Below are positions 26,862 through 32,000 of a stretch of 32,000 bases of DNA, piece by piece. A model generated the notes under the pieces. The model saw only the letters and a program-made list of their open reading frames with translations. It was not told the DNA's origin and made no database searches. This DNA is from Candidatus Electronema halotolerans (GTDB lineage: Bacteria; Desulfobacterota; Desulfobulbia; Desulfobulbales; Desulfobulbaceae). The stretch is taken from positions 2,340,001-2,372,000 of the forward strand of contig OW818675.1 of the NCBI GenBank assembly GCA_942493095.1, in the 5' to 3' direction. The translations under genes and the position numbers were made by a program. The stretch's first letter is position 1, and every line of letters starts with the position of its first letter.

Positions 26862-27557
26862 TCACTTGAGCACCTGTCCCTTTGCATACTTGGCCGGATC
26901 CTTCATCCCTGCCTCAGCAAAACCCTTCAGTCGGAGGAGGCAGGCATCACAGTGACCGCAGGCCAAGCCTTGCACCGGGTCGTAGCAGGAATGGGTCAGG
27001 GAGTAATCCACGCCCAGCTTGGTGCCGACCTCGATGATTTCTTTCTTGCTCAGTTCAATCAGCGGGGCATGGAAGCGGAAGGGACTGCCGGTGCTGCCCG
27101 CCTTGGTGCCGAGATTGGCTGTCTGAGCAAAGGCGGCAAGAAAATCCGGGCGGCAGTCTGGGTAGCCGCTGTAATCAACCGCATTGATGCCGAGGAAGAT
27201 GTCCGCCGCCCCAATCACCTCAGCCCAGGCAACCGCATGAGCAAGAAAAATGAGATTGCGGGCAGGCACATAAGTGATCGGGATGCCCTGGCTGATCTCC
27301 TCGTCTTTGCGGTCTTTCGGCACTGCAAGAGTTGAAGTCAGGGCCGAGCCACCGATTGTCCCCAAATCAAGCCGGAGAATCAGATGCTGGGCCGCCTGCA
27401 TGGTCGTGGCAATGACTGCCGCCCGCTCCAGTTCAACATCCTGCTTCTGGCCATAGCGAAAGCTGAGGCAGTGACACTGAAAACTGCGGCTCCGGGCAAT
27501 GGCCAGCACCGTGCTGGAGTCCAAGCCGCCGCTGAGAAGGACAACTGCTTTTTTCAT
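26862..27557 (-). CDS. queC: 7-cyano-7-deazaguanine synthase
   Basis: MKKAVVLLSGGLDSSTVLAIARSRSFQCHCLSFRYGQKQDVEL...SCYDPVQGLACGHCDACLLRLKGFAEAG. Confidence 0.97.
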   Translation of the reverse strand: MKKAVVLLSGGLDSSTVLAIARSRSFQCHCLSFRYGQKQDVELERAAVIATTMQAAQHLILRLDLGTIGGSALTSTLAVPKDRKDEEISQGIPITYVPARNLIFLAHAVAWAEVIGAADIFLGINAVDYSGYPDCRPDFLAAFAQTANLGTKAGSTGSPFRFHAPLIELSKKEIIEVGTKLGVDYSLTHSCYDPVQGLACGHCDACLLRLKGFAEAGMKDPAKYAKGQVLK

Positions 27558-27760
27558 GAGTTTTTGCTGAATTTGCTTCCTCAGTCCGGTTTCGTATTGT
27601 CAGAAGCGCAATTATAGCCTATCATTGAGCGCATCATAGCGCACTTTGCGAAAATATTCACTTGAACTTTGTCCTGTCGGCCAGCCGCAGGGCTGAAATG
27701 CACACAGCCGCCTTGAAGAGGCGGACAAGATATTGACGGCAACATAGGAGAATTTCAAGC

Positions 27761-28981
27761 ATGAAATTAGGCATCAACGGTCTGGGCAGAATCGGCAAGC
27801 TTTCCCTCTGGCACCATGTCTCGCGGCAGCATTTTTCCGAAATCGTGATCAATTTGGGCCGTCAGGTCGGCGGCGGGCTGGAGGACATTGCCGCTGTGAT
27901 GGAAAAGGATTCCACCTACGGCAGGCTCTCTGCCTATCTGCACGGCCACAAAGGCGGCAGGGTGATTGAAAATCTGAACGAGGCCGCAGGCACCATGACA
28001 GTCAACGGCGTGCCGGTGACTGTGCTGCGCGAAGCCCGCAATCCAAAAGATATTCAATGGCAGGAGAACAATGTCCGCCTCGTGGTTGACACCACTGGCG
28101 TGTTCAAGGACCCGACTGCGGATGCGGATGCAAAGAGCGGCTCAGTGCGCGGCCATCTTCAGGCCGGGGCGGAAAAGGTGCTGGTTTCCGCGCCTTTCAA
28201 GATTAAATCCAAAGGCTTGGACATGCCTGAAGATGCGATCACCACGGTGATGGGCATCAATGATGACGACTACCAGTCGGAGCGTCACTCGATCATCTCC
28301 GCCGCCTCCTGCACCACCACCTGTCTGTCCTACATGATCAAGCCGCTGCTCGATCATTTTGGCGCAGACCAGATGCTGACCGCGTCAATGGTCACGGTTC
28401 ATGCCGCCACTGGCAGCCAGAAAGTTCTGGACGCAGTGCCTGCTGCCGGGGCTAAAGACCTGCGCAAGAACCGCTCCATTCTCAACAATATCATCCTGAC
28501 CACCACTGGCGCGGCCAAGGCTCTTGGCTTGGTGATCCCGGAAATGAAAGCCATCGGTTTTATTGCTGAATCAGTCCGCATTCCCACATCCACCGGCTCG
28601 CTGATCATCTTGGTGCTCAATCTTCAGGACGATATGGAGAATCCGGTCAAGCGCGACCTGATCAACAGCATCTACCGTGACTACGCCGCGTCCTCGCAAT
28701 ATCTGCAATACACGGAAGAGCAGAACGTTTCTTCCGATATAGTCGGCACGCCGCAGGCCGCAGCCGTGATTGAGGGCACTGAGACCCATACCCGCACTGC
28801 CTCGCTCAAGGTTCATCTGGATCACCTCAAAGGCTTCAATTTTGTCCCCGGCCAGATACCGGCTGTCTTGGAAGTGCCTGTCACGCAAGCGGTTATTTAT
28901 GGCTGGTACGACAACGAGCTGGGCAGCTACACCAACATGCTCGGCGATATGACGGTTTCTGTGGCCAACCAAATGGTTTAA
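27761..28981 (+). CDS. gap: Glyceraldehyde-3-phosphate dehydrogenase, long (406 aa) form
   Basis: MKLGINGLGRIGKLSLWHH...SAASCTTTCLSYMIKPLLDHFG...SMVTVHAATGSQKVLDAVP...RIPTSTGS...GWYDNELGSYTNML. Confidence 0.93.
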   Translation: MKLGINGLGRIGKLSLWHHVSRQHFSEIVINLGRQVGGGLEDIAAVMEKDSTYGRLSAYLHGHKGGRVIENLNEAAGTMTVNGVPVTVLREARNPKDIQWQENNVRLVVDTTGVFKDPTADADAKSGSVRGHLQAGAEKVLVSAPFKIKSKGLDMPEDAITTVMGINDDDYQSERHSIISAASCTTTCLSYMIKPLLDHFGADQMLTASMVTVHAATGSQKVLDAVPAAGAKDLRKNRSILNNIILTTTGAAKALGLVIPEMKAIGFIAESVRIPTSTGSLIILVLNLQDDMENPVKRDLINSIYRDYAASSQYLQYTEEQNVSSDIVGTPQAAAVIEGTETHTRTASLKVHLDHLKGFNFVPGQIPAVLEVPVTQAVIYGWYDNELGSYTNMLGDMTVSVANQMV

Positions 28982-28992
28982 GGAGGCGCATC

Positions 28993-30168
28993 ATGAAGAC
29001 AATCCGTGATCTTGAGCTGCATGGCAAACGGGTGCTGATCCGGGTGGATTTCAACGCGCCCATGAACGAGCAGGGCGAAATCACCGATGATCTGCGCATC
29101 CGCACTGTCCTGCCGACCTTGCAATATGCCTTGGAGCAGGGCGCAAAAGTGATTCTCGCCTCGCATTGCGGGCGGCCCAAAGGCAAGCGGGTGGAGAAAT
29201 ACTCGCTCGCGCCGGTGGCCAAGCGGCTGGCCGAGCTTGCAGGCAAGGAAGTCAAGCTCTCTGCTGATTGCGTCGGGCCAGAGGCGGAACAGGATGTTGC
29301 CGCTCTGAACAGCGGCCAAGTCCTGCTGCTCGAAAATCTCCGCTTTTACGCTGGCGAGGAAGCCAATGACCCGGAGTTCTCGAAAAAACTGGCTGCGCTG
29401 GCAGATGTCTATATCAATGATGCCTTTGCGGTCTCGCACCGGGCGCATGCTTCGGTTGCCGGAGTGACTGAGCATGTTGCTGAGAAAGCTGCGGGTTTGC
29501 TTTTGCACAAGGAGTTGGATTATTTCCACCGGGCCATTGACACGCCGCAGCGGCCATTGGTCGCCATTGTCGGCGGGGCCAAGGTCTCCAGCAAGCTCCA
29601 AGCTCTGAACCGGATGCTGGACAAGGTCGATAAAATGCTGATCGGCGGGGCAATGGCCAACACCTTCCTGAAGAGCCAAGGCGTTGCGGTTGGGGCTTCC
29701 AAGGTCGAGGACGACCTGCTGGACAGTGCCCGCCAAGTTTTGGCTGATGCCAAGGCTAAGGGGGTCAAAGTCTATTTGCCCGTGGATGTAATTGCCGCTG
29801 ACCGGTTTGCGCCGGATGCAGTCTGCAAGCAGGTGACAGTGCAGGATATCCCGGACGGCTGGATGGCGTTGGACATTGGCCCGGCTTCGGTGATTTGTTT
29901 TTCAGAAGTGCTGGCCGATGCCAAGACCATAGTTTGGAATGGCCCGATGGGTGCTTTTGAAATAGATGCCTTTGCACGCGGAACAATGGCTCTGGCTCAT
30001 GCTGTGGCCTCGGCCCACGCCCTGAGCATCACTGGCGGCGGTGATTCCAACGCGGCAGTGACGCAGTCCGGCGAGGCGGCCAATATTTCTTATATGTCCA
30101 CCGGCGGCGGTGCCTTCTTGGAGCTGATGGAAGGCAAGGTGCTGCCGGGCGTGGCGGCTTTGGAGTGA
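28993..30168 (+). CDS. pgk: Phosphoglycerate kinase
   Basis: GKRVLIRVDFNAPMNEQGEITDDLRIRTVLPTLQYALEQGAKVILASHCGRPKG...STGGGAFLELMEGKVLPGVAAL. Confidence 0.98.
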   Translation: MKTIRDLELHGKRVLIRVDFNAPMNEQGEITDDLRIRTVLPTLQYALEQGAKVILASHCGRPKGKRVEKYSLAPVAKRLAELAGKEVKLSADCVGPEAEQDVAALNSGQVLLLENLRFYAGEEANDPEFSKKLAALADVYINDAFAVSHRAHASVAGVTEHVAEKAAGLLLHKELDYFHRAIDTPQRPLVAIVGGAKVSSKLQALNRMLDKVDKMLIGGAMANTFLKSQGVAVGASKVEDDLLDSARQVLADAKAKGVKVYLPVDVIAADRFAPDAVCKQVTVQDIPDGWMALDIGPASVICFSEVLADAKTIVWNGPMGAFEIDAFARGTMALAHAVASAHALSITGGGDSNAAVTQSGEAANISYMSTGGGAFLELMEGKVLPGVAALE

Positions 30169-30204
30169 TGATATTTATCTGGGGGCAACTTTCTTCGTTA
30201 CCCC

Positions 30205-30416
30205 CGGTGTTCTTTTTTGCTCTCCGATAATTTCCGGGGTTGTAATTCCAGTGCTTTTGGTGCTGCTCTGATGCCGAATGCAAATTTTGGCTTTCTCCTG
30301 TAGGGTTGGCAAGCAATTATGGCATGCCTCCTCATGACATACGGCAGATCGAACGACTCGTTTTTGAACATCGGGAGCTTTTGATCAAAAAATACAATGA
30401 ATACCATAACAGATGA
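30205..30416 (+). pseudogene. Degraded DUF4160-like frame (no start codon in the C-terminal frame)
   Basis: Frame ending TGA 30414-30416 reads DAECKFWLSPVGLASNYGMPPHDIRQIERLVFEHRELLIKKYNEYHNR*, resembling a DUF4160 C-terminus; stop at 30243-30245 in the same frame, and upstream fragments (VFFF, LSDNF) fall in other frames. Confidence 0.45.
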
Positions 30417-30669
30417 AATTGTTCCAGCAGCCTTGAGAGCTTGGGCGGAACGCAGGATGATTTATATTGAGCTGACCGATGGGCGAATAATAGGTTTTCC
30501 TGCCGATAGGTTCCGAATCCTCAGTAAGGCTTCTGACGCTGCCTTGCATGAAGTGCAGGTTCAAGTTGGAGGATATGCTTTGCGCTGGGAAAATCTTGAT
30601 GAAGACATAACCGTTCCCGGCATACTCTCTGGAAGGTTTCAACTACCGCTGCCCAGCGCAGCAGCCTGA
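30397..30669 (+). CDS. DUF2442 domain-containing protein
   Basis: 90 aa; MIYIELTDGRIIGFPADRFRILSKASDAALHEVQVQVGGYALRWENLDEDITVPGILSG; overlaps the upstream DUF4160-like frame by 20 nt, as expected for coupled genes. Confidence 0.78.
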   Translation: MNTITDEIVPAALRAWAERRMIYIELTDGRIIGFPADRFRILSKASDAALHEVQVQVGGYALRWENLDEDITVPGILSGRFQLPLPSAAA

Positions 30670-30715
30670 TAGTAACGTAACCCATTCGCCATTGAGCAGT
30701 TTTTTCGGAGGAAAT

Positions 30716-31471
30716 ATGACCAGAACACCACTCATCGCAGGCAATTGGAAAATGCACCTCACCCGCGCTGAGGCAGTCACGCTGGCTTCGGCAGTGGCTG
30801 CGGCCAGTCAAGGGCTGACCGACCGCGAGGTGATGATTGCTCCGCCATTCACCGCCTTGGCTGCGGTCAAGGACGCTGTGGTCGGTTCGCCGGTCAAGGT
30901 CGCGGCCCAGAACGTGGGCTGGGAAAAAGAAGGAGCCTTCACCGGTGAAGTCTCGCCGCCCATGCTCTTGGATGTTGGCGCGGAAATGGTCATCATCGGC
31001 CATTCCGAGCGGCGGCATGTGTTTGGCGAAGACAATGCGATGATCAACCGGCGGCTGCGGGCAGCCTTGCAGTTCGGCCTGACTCCCATTCTCTGCGTCG
31101 GCGAAACCTTGACTGAGCGCGAGGCGGACAGCACCTTCAAAGTGATTGATGAACAGCTTGCACAGGGCTTGGCTCAAGTGACAGCGGCAGAGATGGGCAA
31201 AGTGGTTGTCGCCTACGAGCCGGTTTGGGCCATTGGCACCGGCAAAACCGCCAGCAATGAGCAGGCTCAGGAGGTTCATGCCTTCATCCGTGAACTTCTG
31301 ACCCGATTCTATGAAAAAATACTTGCCGACCGCATCAGAATACTGTATGGTGGCTCGGTCAAGCCTGACAATGTTGACAGCCTGATGGCCCAGCCGGATA
31401 TCGACGGGGTTCTGGTGGGCGGCGCGTCACTCAAGGCGGATGCGTTTGAGCGGATTATTCATTTTCGATGA
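30716..31471 (+). CDS. tpiA: Triosephosphate isomerase
   Basis: MTRTPLIAGNWKMHLTRAEAVTL...VIIGHSERRHVFGED...VVAYEPVWAIGTGKTA...ILYGGSVKPDN. Confidence 0.98.
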   Translation: MTRTPLIAGNWKMHLTRAEAVTLASAVAAASQGLTDREVMIAPPFTALAAVKDAVVGSPVKVAAQNVGWEKEGAFTGEVSPPMLLDVGAEMVIIGHSERRHVFGEDNAMINRRLRAALQFGLTPILCVGETLTEREADSTFKVIDEQLAQGLAQVTAAEMGKVVVAYEPVWAIGTGKTASNEQAQEVHAFIRELLTRFYEKILADRIRILYGGSVKPDNVDSLMAQPDIDGVLVGGASLKADAFERIIHFR

Positions 31472-32000
31472 CAACACTGCTGATTATAATTCACATTCTG
31501 GTCTGTCTCTTTCTGATAGCAATTGTCCTGCTTCAGCATGGCAAAGGGGCTGATATTGGGGCCACCTTTGGCGGCTCAAGCCAGTCGCTCTTCGGAAGCG
31601 AAGGGCCGGTGCCGCTGCTCAACAAGATCACCACGTTTTCCGCAATTGTCTTCATGGGCACTTCGGTGACGCTGGCTTATCTTTCCGCGCATAAAAGCGG
31701 CGGCTCGGTCATGACTGACATGCCTGCGAAAGAGGTTGCCGCCCCAGTGCAAAAACAAGAGCCGGTGACCATTCCCATGCCGACAACGGAACAGCCGCCT
31801 GCGGCAGCTCCTGCGACTGAGGAAAAGGCCCCTGAACCTGCTGCGGCGCAGCAAGAACAACAGGTTGAGGCAGTGCCCGCTGAAACGGACACTTCTGCTT
31901 CAGCAGCGCAGGAAGAACAGGCTCAGGCTGAACCTGAACAGCCAGTTGAAGAAGCGGCTCAGGCTGAATCAACACCGGAGACATCTGCTGTCCAGCAAAC
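31468..32000 (+). CDS. secG: Preprotein translocase subunit SecG with long Pro/Ala/Glu/Gln-rich tail (runs off window)
   Basis: Manual translation from ATG 31468: MTTLLIIIHILVCLFLIAIVLLQHGKGADIGATFGGSSQSLFGSEGPVPLLNKITTFSAIVFMGTSVTLAYLSAHK...; not in the ORF track because it has no stop before the window end. Confidence 0.9.
   Translation, partial: MTTLLIIIHILVCLFLIAIVLLQHGKGADIGATFGGSSQSLFGSEGPVPLLNKITTFSAIVFMGTSVTLAYLSAHKSGGSVMTDMPAKEVAAPVQKQEPVTIPMPTTEQPPAAAPATEEKAPEPAAAQQEQQVEAVPAETDTSASAAQEEQAQAEPEQPVEEAAQAESTPETSAVQQ

Noticed and set aside
26766-27335. 189-aa plus-strand ORF opposite queC
   Set aside because: Shadow ORF; QueC motifs on the minus strand are decisive.
27585-27600. GGTTTCGTATTG match to the IS630 right-end sequence
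   Set aside because: Only about 12 nt identical, with no TA-flanked second end; consistent with chance rather than a solo IS end or MITE.
30198-30407. Minus-strand 69-aa ORF downstream of pgk
   Set aside because: Antisense of the DUF4160-like/DUF2442 region; the plus-strand interpretation explains the sequence better.
1-32000. CRISPR arrays, rRNA and tRNA genes
   Set aside because: No regularly spaced direct repeats and no rRNA- or tRNA-like sequence recognised by eye; a tRNAscan/Infernal run would be needed to exclude small RNAs.

Overview
This 32 kb window looks like a GC-rich bacterial chromosome. Gene content suggests a Desulfobacterota/Desulfobulbaceae-like organism, but that is inference only. 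Most of it is conserved housekeeping genes: dnaJ (partial), moaC, dksA-like, galT, a single-domain response regulator, sppA, a nucleoside-recognition membrane protein, glpD-like, a glycosyltransferase, a SAM methyltransferase, proS, ddl, purF, ferredoxin, nadA, a trmN6-like gene, queC, gap, pgk, tpiA and secG (partial). The accessory regions are: (1) a two-gene restriction-modification-like module (17981-20544) between ddl and purF, with an atypical DNA methyltransferase (DPFLGSG near the N-terminus, TDPPHGD near the C-terminus) and a candidate PD-(D/E)XK nuclease; (2) a complete IS630-family element at 10364-11404 with TA duplications and an A9 frameshift site, whose in-silico removal joins the glpD-like frame to a downstream lipoprotein-like frame; (3) an isolated secreted HYR/Ig-like repeat protein with its own promoter, a palindrome and a perfect terminator; (4) a membrane-anchored C39-like peptidase; (5) tandem TMEM43-family genes; (6) a degraded DUF4160-like frame plus DUF2442 gene inside the gap-pgk-tpiA-secG cluster; (7) a hairpin-containing short ORF overlapping the purF start. 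No CRISPR array, rRNA or tRNA was recognised. The best candidate for a less-described system is the R-M-like pair, but it could be an ordinary R-M module.
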